This document shows positions 27,136 through 37,958 of a stretch of 51,734 nucleotides of DNA, piece after piece. The stretch comes from Eubacteriales bacterium (GTDB lineage: Bacteria; Bacillota; Clostridia; Oscillospirales; CAG-272). The first letter of the stretch is position 1; the number at the start of each line of letters is the position of its first letter. Where the stretch lies: NCBI GenBank assembly GCA_045606685.1, contig JAZUSJ010000058.1, positions 1 through 51,734 of the forward strand. Reading direction: 5' to 3'. Position numbers and translations under genes: made by a program. The notes under the pieces are model-generated. The model saw only the letters and a program-made list of their open reading frames with translations, had not been told where the DNA came from and made no database searches.

Positions 27136-28047
27136 GTGATCAATTGGCAGGAGCTTATGAATATGATCCGTACCTTTATGGAGGATTACGTTCTTTTTCC
27201 GATCAATAACATGAACATTGTGACTGACCTGCTTGACATTTTACTGTTGACGGGTTTGTTGTATTACTTGTATAAGTTTGTCAGAAGACGCAGAGCCGGC
27301 AAATTACTGCTGGGCATTGCGGCTTTGTTTGGCGTTTTCATGATCTGCAGCATTCTTGAAATGAAGGCTGTCGGATTGATCATGGATAACTTTTTGACGG
27401 TCGGTCTGATTGCGATTGTGATCATTTTTCAGCCCGAATTGCGTGACGCCTTGGAAACAGTGGGTAATACTTCGCTGAGAATTGGTCGCTTTGGCGGTGA
27501 AAAGGTAGGCACGGAGGCTGAAATAGAGTATCTGGCTTCCGAAATTGCGTCCGCTGCTTGCTCGCTTTCCTCAGAAGGTTACGGAGCATTGATCGTGATC
27601 CAGAGAACGACAAAGCTGCAGGACTATATGGATAAGGGTGAGCGACTGGATGCTATGGTTTCCGCAAAGCTTTTGCGCAACATTTTTGTCAATAGGTCTC
27701 CTTTGCATGACGGTGCCGTCATCATTGAAGGTGACCGCGTGGGAGCAGCCGCATGCAAGCTGCCGCTTTCTGATAATGAAGACGCTGTCAGAGATCTTGG
27801 TACAAGACACCGCGCGGGTGTTGGTATTACAGAGGTAAGTGACGCGATGGTCGTTATCGTTTCCGAAGAAAACGGTATTATCTCGGTAGCATACAGAGGC
27901 GCTTTGTACAGAAACTACGATAACAAGAATCTGCATGATGCACTTTATAAATTCATGGACTACAGAAAAAAGAGAGGTGTCCATGCAGGATCCAAAAATA
28001 AAGCGGATTACGTTATGGATGATGCTAACGACGGTGAGGAGGAATGA
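27136..28047 (+). CDS. cdaA: Diadenylate cyclase CdaA
   Basis: Three N-terminal TM segments, FQPELR, SPLHDGA, LGTRHRA, VSEE.G.IS. Confidence 0.95.
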   Translation: MINWQELMNMIRTFMEDYVLFPINNMNIVTDLLDILLLTGLLYYLYKFVRRRRAGKLLLGIAALFGVFMICSILEMKAVGLIMDNFLTVGLIAIVIIFQPELRDALETVGNTSLRIGRFGGEKVGTEAEIEYLASEIASAACSLSSEGYGALIVIQRTTKLQDYMDKGERLDAMVSAKLLRNIFVNRSPLHDGAVIIEGDRVGAAACKLPLSDNEDAVRDLGTRHRAGVGITEVSDAMVVIVSEENGIISVAYRGALYRNYDNKNLHDALYKFMDYRKKRGVHAGSKNKADYVMDDANDGEEE

Positions 28048-28820
28048 TGATGAAAACGAACACTTCCAAAACACCAAAAATCTATGAAAAGAAGTCTGTG
28101 AACATCGGCACTCTGATCGTTTGTTTTTTGATTGCATGCAGCATCTGGCTGTATGCACAGGCGATCGATGACGATATCAATGTAAAGACTTACAATCAGC
28201 TGCCGGTAGAATTTGTTGGCGGGGAAGCATTCAAGGAAGCAACCGGGTATGACGTTCACTCGCTCAGCGTTCCCAGCGCAAACATTTCGATCAGTGGCAC
28301 AAATCGCGAGCTTGCAAAGCTCGATCCGCAAAGCATCCGTCTGGTGGCAGACGTCAGCACCACCAATAACGGTGTTGCAACCATCAAAGCATATATGATC
28401 GACGATGACGGTAACCGAAGTGAACTCAAAAATTTTGAGATCACACCGGCTGTTGTTACGGTTTACGTTGCAAAGCAGGTACAGTTTACGGTTCAGGACA
28501 TTACGGTCGATCTTGATAAGGTCACATACAGGTATACGCTTGATCCGACAACTACCGCGGGTACGTTTACGGTGTTCGGAGCCGAGCAGGAGATATCCAA
28601 GATAAGCTACGCAATATGCGATCTGGACTATCAAAGCGTCAAGGACGTTGTGGCGGTACACAAGATTCCCGTAACTTCGGTCAGATTCTATGATGAGCAA
28701 GGAAACCTTCTGTTCGGTGATGCAAGCAAGAATGAAAACGTAAAATACGACATTTCCGGCTTGGTCGTTTCGCTGACCGTTGAAAGCAATATCCCCGAAA
28801 ATAATGATGCTGACAAATAA
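28044..28820 (+). CDS. cdaR: CdaR/YbbR-like single-pass regulator
   Basis: Overlaps the cdaA stop; TM segment CFLIACSIWLYA followed by YbbR-like beta-rich repeats; call rests largely on position. Confidence 0.7.
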   Translation: MMMKTNTSKTPKIYEKKSVNIGTLIVCFLIACSIWLYAQAIDDDINVKTYNQLPVEFVGGEAFKEATGYDVHSLSVPSANISISGTNRELAKLDPQSIRLVADVSTTNNGVATIKAYMIDDDGNRSELKNFEITPAVVTVYVAKQVQFTVQDITVDLDKVTYRYTLDPTTTAGTFTVFGAEQEISKISYAICDLDYQSVKDVVAVHKIPVTSVRFYDEQGNLLFGDASKNENVKYDISGLVVSLTVESNIPENNDADK

Positions 28821-30459
28821 CATATTCAAACGCACAGCAGGGATGGTGGTCGAATCGATCACTGTCCCTTTGGACGCACAAGAGCAAGAGATTTTTGCAA
28901 AAGCGCGTCAGAGATTAAAAAGAGCGCGGCTCTGTGCAGCGCAATTTCAGCTTTCTCTGTTCAAAAGATCAGTTGACGCAAGAGACCGCGAGAATATCCG
29001 ATTTGTATATTCGGTGTTGGCAATAAACATCAACGGGGAATATCCCAATGATGCTTCGTTATTGCAAAAAGAAAAGATCAAGCTTCTCTATGACGATGAT
29101 TGCATTCTTCCGGAATTCGGATCAGAGATCATGAAAGCGCCTCCGTTGGTCGTTGGTATGGGACCTGCCGGCTTGTTTGCTGCTTTGATGTTGGCGCGAA
29201 ACGGTTACCGTCCCATTATCATTGACCGAGGTGATTCGATTGAGGATCGCGCGAGAACTGTCTATGAGTTTTATGCAACGCAAAGGCTGGATACGGATTC
29301 CAACGTGCAATTCGGTGCGGGCGGTGCAGGTACTTTTTCGGACGGAAAGCTGATGACACGCATTCATGATCCCAAGTGCAGTTTTGTTTTGAATACCTTT
29401 GTGGAGCATGGTGCTCCTGCTGACATATTGTTTGTGTCCAAGCCACACGTTGGAACGGATCTGCTGCGTGGTGTGGTTGACAGTATACTGAAAGAGATCA
29501 AACGTCTTGGCGGTGCTGTTCGATACCGTTGCAGATTGGACGGCTTTGCGCATAACGCAGATGGAACAGTTACGGCATATACGACGGCGGGAGATATCTT
29601 GTGCAGTACAATCATTCTTGCCATTGGACACAGCGCGAGAGATACTTACAAAATGCTGCTCCGAAAGCAGCTGGAGCTTGTAGCAAAGCCGATTTCCGTA
29701 GGAGTCAGAATTGAGCATCTGACAACGGACATCGATAAGGCACTGTATGGAGATTTTGCCGGTCATCCGGCGCTTGGTCATGCTGAATATGCACTTTCGG
29801 ATACAAGGACGCAAAGGGGCGTATATACGTTTTGCATGTGTCCGGGCGGAGAGGTCATGGCGGCGGCATCGGAAGAGAATCAATTGGTAGTCAACGGAAT
29901 GAGCTATCGGGCAAGAAACGGTCGTAATTCCAATGCCGCAGTAGTTGTTTCGCTCGGGTGCGACGACTTTGAACCAATAAACGGAAGCCTTGCTGAGGGA
30001 GCTATTGCACTTCAACGGAGAATTGAGGGACAGGCTTACGTCGCGGGCGGTTCTGATTATTCTGCACCTGTGCAGACAGTCGGTGACTATTTGTGTGGTA
30101 AGGCGGTGCATGAACCGTCGCGAATACAACCGACGTATATGAATGGCAGATGCCGTGTGGCAGATCTGGCCACTGTATTCCCGGATGCGGTCAACACCAC
30201 GTTACGCTACGGTCTTCAGGCATTTGACAGAAAGATTGAAGGTTTTGCAGCTTCCGATGCAGTATTGACGGGGGCAGAAACGAGAACCAGTGCGCCTGTG
30301 CGCATTTCCAGAACGCAAGAGGGAACCGCTATCGGTTTTTCATACGTATATCCCTGCGGTGAAGGTGCGGGATATGCGGGAGGTATTACCAGCGCCGCAG
30401 TTGATGGTGTCCGTACAGCGCTTGCAGTCATGAAGCGCTATGCGCCGTATAAAGATTAA
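28804..30459 (+). CDS. NAD(P)/FAD-dependent oxidoreductase
   Basis: VVGMGPAGLFAA, FGAGGAGTFSDGKL, FCMCPGG, ETRTSAP, GEGAGYAGGI.SAA.DG; start codon uncertain. Confidence 0.88.
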   Translation: MMLTNNIFKRTAGMVVESITVPLDAQEQEIFAKARQRLKRARLCAAQFQLSLFKRSVDARDRENIRFVYSVLAININGEYPNDASLLQKEKIKLLYDDDCILPEFGSEIMKAPPLVVGMGPAGLFAALMLARNGYRPIIIDRGDSIEDRARTVYEFYATQRLDTDSNVQFGAGGAGTFSDGKLMTRIHDPKCSFVLNTFVEHGAPADILFVSKPHVGTDLLRGVVDSILKEIKRLGGAVRYRCRLDGFAHNADGTVTAYTTAGDILCSTIILAIGHSARDTYKMLLRKQLELVAKPISVGVRIEHLTTDIDKALYGDFAGHPALGHAEYALSDTRTQRGVYTFCMCPGGEVMAAASEENQLVVNGMSYRARNGRNSNAAVVVSLGCDDFEPINGSLAEGAIALQRRIEGQAYVAGGSDYSAPVQTVGDYLCGKAVHEPSRIQPTYMNGRCRVADLATVFPDAVNTTLRYGLQAFDRKIEGFAASDAVLTGAETRTSAPVRISRTQEGTAIGFSYVYPCGEGAGYAGGITSAAVDGVRTALAVMKRYAPYKD

Positions 30460-30567
30460 AAAAATATTAAAAATTTAATTTAAGAAGTTTTAGATGCGTT
30501 TACAGTGGTTCTTTGGTGCCGATGTGACCAATGGAATCATAAAACGAATTTGATGAAGGAATTTGAC

Positions 30568-32757
30568 ATGAATGAAATGAGACGAGAACGTGTGTGGTCT
30601 ATGCTCTATTCACCTGACGGAGGAGAGAAGGATCAAAAGATTGCACGCATTTCACAAGAGATCGGTGTTTCTCCCATAACAGCGCGACTCCTATATAACA
30701 GAGGGTACGACACACCGGAAAAAGCACATGCTTTTATTCACACAGACATCTCCGCATTACATGATCCTTATTTGATGAAGGACATGGATAAGGCTGTTGC
30801 ACGCATTGCAAAGGCTGTGGCGGACGGAGAGACCATTGCGATTTACGGAGATTATGACGTTGACGGCGTTACCTCGGTGACTTCTATCTACCTGTATCTC
30901 AAAAGCAAGGGGGCTGATGTTGTTTACTATATACCCAGCCGAGATAAGGAAGGGTACGGTCTTTGCAATGCTGCAATAGAAGTACTTGCAGAACATGAAG
31001 TAAGCCTGATCATTACGGTTGATACCGGAATTACGGCCGATCAAGAGGTACTTTACGCTGCATCCTTGGGGATTGATATGGTGATTACGGATCACCATGA
31101 GTGTCGATCTGTTTTGCCGGACGCATGCGCCGTTGTCAATCCGCACAGACCTGATTGCCCTTATCCCTTCAAGGAGTTGGCAGGCGTAGGTGTGGTATTT
31201 AAGCTGATATGTGCTTATGAGATCGATGAATGCAGAAGACGCGGAGTTGATGCCCAAAAAGCTGTTGAATCTGTTTGCAGAGATTATGTCGATCTGACGG
31301 CGATAGGTACGATTGCAGACGTTATGCCTATCATAGACGAAAACAGATACATAGTTGCAGTTGGTCTTTCTGCTGTTGAAAATACACAAAGATGCGGTCT
31401 GAACGCATTGATTGAAGCGTCCTCGTATAATCCAAACGCCAGACAGGATCAGCCTCCAAAGAAAAAGAAGATCACATCCGGATTTATCGGATACGGAATT
31501 GCACCGCGTATCAATGCAGCCGGCAGAATCAGCAGTGCAATCAAGGCTGTTGAGCTTTTGCTTGAGGAAGATCCCGAAATGGCCAAGCAAAGAGCAGAAG
31601 AGCTATGCGCGATCAATACAAAGCGCCAGATAGAAGAAAACAGAATTGCCGAGCAGGCCTATAAGATCATTGAGCAGGAGCATGACTTTATCAATGACAG
31701 AGTGATCGTTCTGCAGGATGATTCCTGGCAACAGGGCATTATCGGTATCGTGTCTTCCAGGATCACGGAAAAATTCGGACTGCCTTCCGTGCTGATCTCT
31801 TTTGACGGAGCAACGCGCGGTTATGCAAGTCTGGACGACGTGGGGAAGGGCTCGGGCAGAAGCGTTAAGGGAATGAATCTTGTGGATGCTTTGACATATT
31901 GCAGCGATCTGTTGACAAGATACGGAGGCCACGAATTGGCGGCGGGCTTGTCTATTGCAAGATGCAATATTGATGAATTCAAAAAGAGGATCAATCAATA
32001 TGCCAGAGAAAATCTGGACAGTGATGCTTTGGATATTTGCTATGAGGCGGATTGCGAGGTGGACGTCAACAGTCTGACCATGCCGCTGGCCGTTGAACTT
32101 TCCGGGCTTGAGCCGTTTGGTGTTGCAAACCCGACTCCTGAGCTGGTTACCCGAAATCTTACGATCTATAAGGTGATTCCTTTGGGTGCAGGAAAGCATT
32201 GTAAGGTCATTCTGGCAAAGGATGGCTTACAAATGCAAGCAGTTTGGTTCGGCGTACCCGCATCCACTTTCCCGTTCAGTGTCTCGGATTGCGTTGACGT
32301 TATGTTTCAGTTGAGCATCAACGAGTATCAGAACGTCAAGAGTCTGCAGCTGATCGTAAAGGATATGCGTATTTCGGATGAGTATGCTGAAAAATGCAAG
32401 CGGGAAAAGGAAAGATATCAACAAATCCTGGAGGGAGCTTGTGTATCGCCTGCTGAAAACGTGATTCCGAACAGAGAAGACATTGCTGAGGTATATAAAC
32501 TGCTGCGCAGAGAATGTCGCATAGGTCATAATACCTTCTCACATAAAACGTTGCTTTCAACTTTGAATATGACATCTGCTTTGCAGATCAATTATATCAA
32601 GCTGAAGTATATTATCAATATACTCAAGGAGCTGGATCTTTGCGGAGTCAAGGAGCCAAGTGACAATCTGTATATTTTCGATGTATACTGTAATGCAGCA
32701 AAGACAAACATTGAAAACTCAGAGATCTTGAAAAAACTGCGCGCACAGTGCAGGTGA
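30568..32757 (+). CDS. recJ: Single-stranded DNA exonuclease RecJ
   Basis: YGDYDVDG, ITVDTG, ITDHH, GTIADV, PRINAAGR, GSGRS, GGHELAAG, LEPFG..NP.P. Confidence 0.95.
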   Translation: MNEMRRERVWSMLYSPDGGEKDQKIARISQEIGVSPITARLLYNRGYDTPEKAHAFIHTDISALHDPYLMKDMDKAVARIAKAVADGETIAIYGDYDVDGVTSVTSIYLYLKSKGADVVYYIPSRDKEGYGLCNAAIEVLAEHEVSLIITVDTGITADQEVLYAASLGIDMVITDHHECRSVLPDACAVVNPHRPDCPYPFKELAGVGVVFKLICAYEIDECRRRGVDAQKAVESVCRDYVDLTAIGTIADVMPIIDENRYIVAVGLSAVENTQRCGLNALIEASSYNPNARQDQPPKKKKITSGFIGYGIAPRINAAGRISSAIKAVELLLEEDPEMAKQRAEELCAINTKRQIEENRIAEQAYKIIEQEHDFINDRVIVLQDDSWQQGIIGIVSSRITEKFGLPSVLISFDGATRGYASLDDVGKGSGRSVKGMNLVDALTYCSDLLTRYGGHELAAGLSIARCNIDEFKKRINQYARENLDSDALDICYEADCEVDVNSLTMPLAVELSGLEPFGVANPTPELVTRNLTIYKVIPLGAGKHCKVILAKDGLQMQAVWFGVPASTFPFSVSDCVDVMFQLSINEYQNVKSLQLIVKDMRISDEYAEKCKREKERYQQILEGACVSPAENVIPNREDIAEVYKLLRRECRIGHNTFSHKTLLSTLNMTSALQINYIKLKYIINILKELDLCGVKEPSDNLYIFDVYCNAAKTNIENSEILKKLRAQCR

Positions 32758-32790
32758 ATTTTTTGGGCAGATAAACTAAGAGGAACGAAT

Positions 32791-35019
32791 ATGCAAAACA
32801 CTGTTCACACAGACATAACCCGCTTACTTGACATTCTCAAGGCAACGGGCAAAAAATACGATATTGAAAAAATCAAGCATGCATTTGCTTATGCAGACAA
32901 TCTGCATGAGGGACAATACCGCGCAAGCGGTGAGAAGTATATTTCCCACCCTGTTGCCGTAGCGGAGATCGTTGCGGGACTTGAGCTTGACACGGACTCA
33001 ATTTGTGCAGCACTTTTGCATGATACGGTTGAGGACTGCGCTGATAAGACCAACCTCAAGGAAATAGAAAAGCTGTTTGGTAAGGACGTTGCCATTTTGG
33101 TTGACGGTCTGACCAAGATCGTGACCTTGCAGGTTGAGGACAAGGAAGAGGCGCATATTGAAAACCTGCGAAAAATGCTGTTGGCGATGTCCAAGGACGT
33201 GCGTGTGATTTTCATTAAGCTGTGTGACCGCTTGCACAACATGAGAACCTTGGATGCAAAGCCTGATAACAAGCGCAGAATCACCGCGCTTGAAACCATG
33301 CAGGTCTATGCGCCGCTTGCACACCGTCTTGGTATGCAGAAGATCAAGCAGGAGCTGGAGAATCTCGGTGTACGTTATCTTGATCCGATCGGTTATGAAG
33401 AGGTCAGAAGCGGAATTGAGAAGAAATACGGTCAAAGCTTGAATTTTATTGAAAATATCCGTCAGACGGTAGGCGCAAAGCTTGAAGAAAATCATATTTC
33501 CTATACGCTTGAGGGAAGAATCAAAACCGTTTACAGTATCTATAAGAAGATGTTTTCTCAGGGAAAAATGTTCGATGAGATCTATGACTTTTATGCCATG
33601 AGAATCATTGTGGATACCGAGCTGGAATGCTATACGGTTTTGGGTATCATTCACGAGATGTTCAATTCCATGCCCGGCAGATTCAAGGACTATATTTCTA
33701 CCCCCAAGCCCAATATGTACAGATCTTTGCATACTACCGTAATCGGCAGATCCGGTATTCCTTTTGAAGTGCAGATCAGAACCTGGGAGATGCACCATAT
33801 TGCAGAATATGGTATTGCTGCGCATTGGAAATATAAATCCGGGGCTACCTCCAAGGAGGATATGGATAAAAAGCTGGAGTGGATCGCCCGTCTGATCGAA
33901 ACAGAGGACGGCGCACGCGATCCCGATGAGTTCATGCACGCACTCAAGACCGACATCTTCCATGACGAGGTATTTGTGTTTACACCCAAGGGCGATGTAA
34001 TCGCGTTGCCACAGGGGGCGACGGCCATAGACTTTGCGTACGCCATTCACTCCGCTGTCGGTAACAAGATGATCGGTGCCAAGATCAACGGCAGCATTGT
34101 GCCGATCGACCGTGTGCTTGAAAACGGAGAGATTGTTGAGGTACTGACGTCTTCGTCGAGCAGAGGGCCAAGCCGCGATTGGCTGAGCATTGTCAAAACG
34201 GGTGAAGCAAGAGCCAAGATTCGTCAATGGTATAAGAGAGAGAAGAGAACTGACAACATTGTTGAGGGTAAAGCTCAATTTGAAGCGGAGATCAAGAAAA
34301 CTCTGAGCAAGGTGTCCGAAACCGTTCGGAACGAGATCTGCGCCAATATTGCACAGCGCATCGGTTTTGCAAGTGCAGACGACCTCTATAATGAGATCGG
34401 ATATGGTGGTCTTTCCATCTCAAAGCTCACCAACAAAATTAAAGAGGAGGCTGCAAAATATCTGACAGTCGAGCCTGAGCAAGCACCTCAAATAACCGAA
34501 AGCGACATGATCTCGGCCCCCTCCAAGATCAAAAACGTGCGCTCCAACAGTGGGATTATTGTGGATGGTGAATCCGGCTGTCAGGTCAAGTTTGCAAAAT
34601 GCTGCAACCCGCTGCCCGGTGATCGTGTCATTGGATTTATTACCAAGGGCTACGGCATCTCAATTCATAAGTGTGATTGCCCCAACGTGATCAATATCAT
34701 TGACAACACCGAATATGCAGACCGTTGGGTGAAGGCAGAATGGGAAGCCTCGCAGAATGATTCCGGAAGCATTGGAGTTTATGAGGCGTTCATTCAGCTG
34801 CATTCCGAAGACAGAATCGGTATGCTTGCAGATATTGCGACCGCTCTTGCTGATATGCGCGTTGCCATACTCTCGGTCAACTCTCAAAAGAGAACCAACG
34901 GTATGGTCATCATCAATCTGAAGGTCAGCTGTAAAAATACAGATCATTATCAGTCAATTATGTCAAGACTCAAGGGGCTTGGCGGTGTGGTTGACGTAGT
35001 AAGAGGATATTCATCATGA
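32791..35019 (+). CDS. relA: Bifunctional (p)ppGpp synthetase/hydrolase Rel
   Basis: HD motif LLHDTVED, DRLHNMRTL, KPNMYRSLHT, EVQIRT, TGS domain (DFAYAIHS.VG), CC motif, ACT C-terminus. Confidence 0.96.
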   Translation: MQNTVHTDITRLLDILKATGKKYDIEKIKHAFAYADNLHEGQYRASGEKYISHPVAVAEIVAGLELDTDSICAALLHDTVEDCADKTNLKEIEKLFGKDVAILVDGLTKIVTLQVEDKEEAHIENLRKMLLAMSKDVRVIFIKLCDRLHNMRTLDAKPDNKRRITALETMQVYAPLAHRLGMQKIKQELENLGVRYLDPIGYEEVRSGIEKKYGQSLNFIENIRQTVGAKLEENHISYTLEGRIKTVYSIYKKMFSQGKMFDEIYDFYAMRIIVDTELECYTVLGIIHEMFNSMPGRFKDYISTPKPNMYRSLHTTVIGRSGIPFEVQIRTWEMHHIAEYGIAAHWKYKSGATSKEDMDKKLEWIARLIETEDGARDPDEFMHALKTDIFHDEVFVFTPKGDVIALPQGATAIDFAYAIHSAVGNKMIGAKINGSIVPIDRVLENGEIVEVLTSSSSRGPSRDWLSIVKTGEARAKIRQWYKREKRTDNIVEGKAQFEAEIKKTLSKVSETVRNEICANIAQRIGFASADDLYNEIGYGGLSISKLTNKIKEEAAKYLTVEPEQAPQITESDMISAPSKIKNVRSNSGIIVDGESGCQVKFAKCCNPLPGDRVIGFITKGYGISIHKCDCPNVINIIDNTEYADRWVKAEWEASQNDSGSIGVYEAFIQLHSEDRIGMLADIATALADMRVAILSVNSQKRTNGMVIINLKVSCKNTDHYQSIMSRLKGLGGVVDVVRGYSS

Positions 35020-35477
35020 AAGCAGTATTACAAAGAGTCAAGCATGCTAAGGTGGAAGTTGACGGAGCTGTTGTAGGCGAGTGTCAAAACGGTTTAATGA
35101 TCCTTTTGGGGGTTGCCAAAGGGGATACGGAGGAGGACGCAAAGCTTCTTGCGGAAAAGATCGTCAAGCATAGAATCTTCCGTGATGAAAACGGAAAAAT
35201 GAATCTCTCTGTCAAGGATATTGACGGAGAATTGCTGGTTGTATCGCAATTCACGCTGCTTGCGGAGTATCGCCATGGCAATCGCCCGGATTTCTTTGGC
35301 TCCGCAGCTCCCGATCAAGCAAACAAACTTTATGAGTATTTTATTTCCCTGGTTTCGCAGCATGTACGCCATGTAGGACACGGTGAGTTTGGTGCTGATA
35401 TGGATGTGACGCTGACCAACTGGGGACCTGTAACCATAGTGATGGACAGCGATGTCCTGAAAAACAAAGGAAAGTAA
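35016..35477 (+). CDS. dtd: D-aminoacyl-tRNA deacylase
   Basis: MKAVLQRV, SQFTL, GNRPDF, FGADM.V...N.GPVT. Confidence 0.96.
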   Translation: MKAVLQRVKHAKVEVDGAVVGECQNGLMILLGVAKGDTEEDAKLLAEKIVKHRIFRDENGKMNLSVKDIDGELLVVSQFTLLAEYRHGNRPDFFGSAAPDQANKLYEYFISLVSQHVRHVGHGEFGADMDVTLTNWGPVTIVMDSDVLKNKGK

Positions 35478-35481
35478 AATT

Positions 35482-36978
35482 ATGAAACTGATCATAGACG
35501 GGCAAGTAAACGTCTACTATGTCCAAACGCTGTGTATGATATTTTATCCCGGAGAAAAATTTTCTGAGGATCAGGAGGTTACGTCTGACACGCCTGTATT
35601 GAAATTGGATGTAAAGAACAATGAAGCAGGATACACGGTCAATGCTGTTCTGACGCAGGGCGGAAAACAGGCGCAGGCCGAACGTGTTTATCAGTATCGT
35701 GCAGATATTGACAAGGACAAATTGCTCAAGTTTGCTTTGGGTGATGCCATTCTTGCGGTCTGCGGCGAGATTTGCGGTTACCGCCCTTCGTGGGGGATGT
35801 TGACCGGGGTGCGTCCTTCCAAGGTGGCAACTGATCTTCTTCAAAGGGGTGTCAGTAAAACACGCGTTAAAAAAATTCTGACAAATGAATATTTCGTGAT
35901 TCCAAAAAAGGCAGCTTTGGCAACCGATGTTGCGTTGAATGAAGCGAAGATCATCGCATCACCGAAAAAGAAGGACTGCAGTGTTTATGTATCCATTCCA
36001 TTCTGTCCAACAAGATGTGCGTATTGTTCGTTTGTGTCGTATACGTCCAAGCGCTTGCTTTCTTTGATTCCCGATTATCTTGCAAAGCTTTGCGACGAAG
36101 TAAAGGATGTCTTTGCCTGTATCGATCGCCTGGGACTGCACGTGAAAACCATTTACATAGGCGGCGGTACTCCTACCATTCTGACTGCAGAACAATTAAG
36201 AATGCTGCTGTCGGTGATTGCTGAGTCCACAGATGTGACCAAGCTGGAGGAGTATACATTGGAATCCGGCAGGCCTGATACCATTACAGCGGAAAAATTT
36301 GCTGTAGCCAAACAATATGGGGTAACCCGTGTCAGTGTCAATCCGCAGATCCTGTGTGACGAGGTTCTGGAGGGCATTGGCAGAGGGCATAAAAGTGAGG
36401 AGTTCTTTCAGGCTTTCCGGATTGCAAGAGAAGCAGGCTTCAAGGTCATCAATACGGATCTGATCGCAGGGTTACCCGGAGATAAATTCTCCACCTTTGC
36501 GGCTTCCTATGATCAAATACTGGCCCTTCATCCGGAGAACATCACTGTCCATACATTTTGTGTAAAAAAATCTGCGGAAATATTGCAAAAGGATTCCAAG
36601 GTATATGATATTCGCGGCGGTGATACGGGAAAATGCGTGGATTACTCGCAAATCAAGGCGATGCACGAAGGGTATAAGCCATACTATATGTATCGACAGA
36701 AGAATACGGTAGGGAATTATGAAAACGTTGGACTTGCCACCGAAGGCAACGAAGGACTCTACAACATCTACATGATGGAAGAGGTTCATTCAATTTTTGC
36801 TGCAGGGGCAGGTGCGGTAACAAAGGCTGTGGATTATATTCCTGTTGATGGCTCCAAGCCTTATATCAAGAGATTTTTCAACGATAAATATCCGTATGAA
36901 TACCTCAGAAACGAAACGTTTGATCAAAAATTCAGAGAAATAGAGCAGTTCTATCAAGATAGAGGTCTTTTGGATTAA
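35482..36978 (+). CDS. hemZ: HemZ-like radical SAM protein
   Basis: WGMLTGVRP.K, IPFCPTRCAYCSF, YIGGGTP, PYYMYRQK; typical position after rel-dtd. Confidence 0.9.
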   Translation: MKLIIDGQVNVYYVQTLCMIFYPGEKFSEDQEVTSDTPVLKLDVKNNEAGYTVNAVLTQGGKQAQAERVYQYRADIDKDKLLKFALGDAILAVCGEICGYRPSWGMLTGVRPSKVATDLLQRGVSKTRVKKILTNEYFVIPKKAALATDVALNEAKIIASPKKKDCSVYVSIPFCPTRCAYCSFVSYTSKRLLSLIPDYLAKLCDEVKDVFACIDRLGLHVKTIYIGGGTPTILTAEQLRMLLSVIAESTDVTKLEEYTLESGRPDTITAEKFAVAKQYGVTRVSVNPQILCDEVLEGIGRGHKSEEFFQAFRIAREAGFKVINTDLIAGLPGDKFSTFAASYDQILALHPENITVHTFCVKKSAEILQKDSKVYDIRGGDTGKCVDYSQIKAMHEGYKPYYMYRQKNTVGNYENVGLATEGNEGLYNIYMMEEVHSIFAAGAGAVTKAVDYIPVDGSKPYIKRFFNDKYPYEYLRNETFDQKFREIEQFYQDRGLLD

Positions 36979-37004
36979 TTAGCAGTTTTTATAAGGAGTT
37001 ATAC

Positions 37005-37910
37005 ATGCTTTTTACAAAAAACAACTACACCAAGCAAGAAGCACGTGCTTTTGTTGCGGAATGTGAAAGGGTTTTTGATACCAAGATAGACAATGCTGTA
37101 TCAGTCATATTAAAGAAGAATGCAAGGTTCATCTGCCTGAGTGGTCCAAGCTGTGCGGGCAAAACGACCACTGCCAAAAAGATCGTGGAAAAGCTTGCTG
37201 AGCATAATGTAAAGGCGCATCTTGTGTCGCTGGATGACTTTTTCCATGACATGGATTACCTTGTAAAAATGGCAGAGGATAAGGGCGGTGCATTGGACAT
37301 GGATTCTGCCGATGCGATTGACCTGACCGCTTTTGCCGTATGTCTTGATGAAATCGTCATTCAGTCGCAAACAAAGATTCCCGTGTTTGATTTTCACACG
37401 CATGCAAGAAGCGGTTTTACCGATTTTTCATGCGGTGAGAACGATCTGATCATATTTGAGGGTATCCAAGCGGTATATCCCGAAATCACCTCACTGGTTG
37501 CTCCGTACGGCATGACAAGTATCTTTGTATGTCCCGATCAGGCGATTACTGTTGGAGAACAGGTGTTTGAGCCCAATATTTTCAGATTTTACAGAAGGAT
37601 CGTCCGTGATGCACAATATCGCTCTGCAAATGCCCAAAGAACGCTTGAGGTATGGCGTGGGGTTCGAAGCAATGAGGATGCGCATATCTTCCCGTATCGC
37701 GATCGGTGCGATGTGGCTGTGGATTCCACCATGCAATACGACCTGCACTTATTGACTCCGTATCTGCGCCAGCTTCTGCCGCAGGTCGAAGAGAGCAGCC
37801 GATACTACCTGCGTGCTTTGGATATTCTCAATCGCATTTCAGCGATCGAGCCTATTCCGGTACAATATTTACCCGACGATTCTATGTATCGCGAATTCAT
37901 CAAGTTCTGA
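37005..37910 (+). CDS. Uridine/nucleoside kinase family protein
   Basis: P-loop GPSCAGKTT, SLDDFF, IIFEGI, RRIVRD...R, REFI. Confidence 0.8.
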   Translation: MLFTKNNYTKQEARAFVAECERVFDTKIDNAVSVILKKNARFICLSGPSCAGKTTTAKKIVEKLAEHNVKAHLVSLDDFFHDMDYLVKMAEDKGGALDMDSADAIDLTAFAVCLDEIVIQSQTKIPVFDFHTHARSGFTDFSCGENDLIIFEGIQAVYPEITSLVAPYGMTSIFVCPDQAITVGEQVFEPNIFRFYRRIVRDAQYRSANAQRTLEVWRGVRSNEDAHIFPYRDRCDVAVDSTMQYDLHLLTPYLRQLLPQVEESSRYYLRALDILNRISAIEPIPVQYLPDDSMYREFIKF

Positions 37911-37958
37911 ATGATACAACGCTTTTCATACAATGGGTATGAGAGGCGGTGATCAAGA